From assembly GCF_009914755.1 (NCBI RefSeq), contig NC_060945.1: a stretch of DNA of 64,000 nt; one strand, written 5' to 3'. Positions 63,586 through 64,000 of this stretch are shown here, one piece after another. How positions within the stretch are numbered: position 1 is the stretch's first letter; each line of letters starts with the position of its first letter. Made by a program: the position numbers and the translations under genes. Source of the DNA: the human T2T-CHM13v2.0 reference genome, Homo sapiens. Under the pieces are notes generated by a model. That model made no database searches. It was not told where the DNA came from and saw only the letters and a list, made by a program, of their open reading frames with translations.

Positions 63586-64000
63586 TTGTATTAATCAGCT
63601 AAAGCTAAGACATGGCAGGTAACAAGCATTCCCCAAGTCTCAGCAGCTTGCTCCAACTACATGTCTTAGGGCTACTCCAACACAAGAGGGCAAATGACAT
63701 CCCCAGAATGTTTTGCAATCCCTACCCAAAGTACAACTAACTATACGTATTGGTTTCATGGGCACTATAAAGACACATTTTTACTTTTTCATTCATCACT
63801 GTTAAATATCCATTCCCTTAAAAATTCATAGGTAAAAAATGTTTGGAGAGAAAAATAAAAATAAAATAGAACATATCCTGTCTAAATAATATTAATTAAC
63901 AAATACCATATATGTTATCTTTAAAGAAAAACAGTAACAATGGGCAATGGATGTGACTTAAGAAGTGAAGACTCACAGTACTGTTAAACTCAATATGTGT

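Overview
Human (primate) genomic DNA with no protein-coding exon that I can support. I recognise the centre as the distal promoter of ERG (ETS-family transcription factor, chr21q22, transcribed on the - strand). A CpG island (~29.8-31.5 kb) holds two alternative, largely untranslated first exons: exon 1a (31415-31537, donor CAG|GTAAGC) and exon 1b (30279-~30424, donor TCG|GTAAGT). Everything to the left is ERG intron 1; everything to the right is upstream intergenic DNA. The flanks are rich in interspersed repeats: about 12 Alu/FLAM copies including a very young AluY, seven THE1/MST solo LTRs, MLT1 and LTR16 LTRs, old and young L1 fragments, MIR, L2 and hAT/mariner MITEs. About 11 kb around the promoter lacks recognisable Alu/L1/LTR. 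The gene identity and repeat subfamily names come from recalled sequences, not a database search. I found no convincing new multi-gene system. The best leads are cis-level: (1) a strand-specific ~16-bp RNA helix pairing the two ends of exon 1b over its splice donor, with a competing alternative helix; (2) an ERG-oriented THE1B LTR with an intact DUX4 motif; (3) a duplicated AGTGAAAAC(C/G)GTTGC element in an AT-rich core of the island; (4) a four-CCACGTG cluster; (5) a MIR-derived hairpin; (6) a 33-bp minisatellite.
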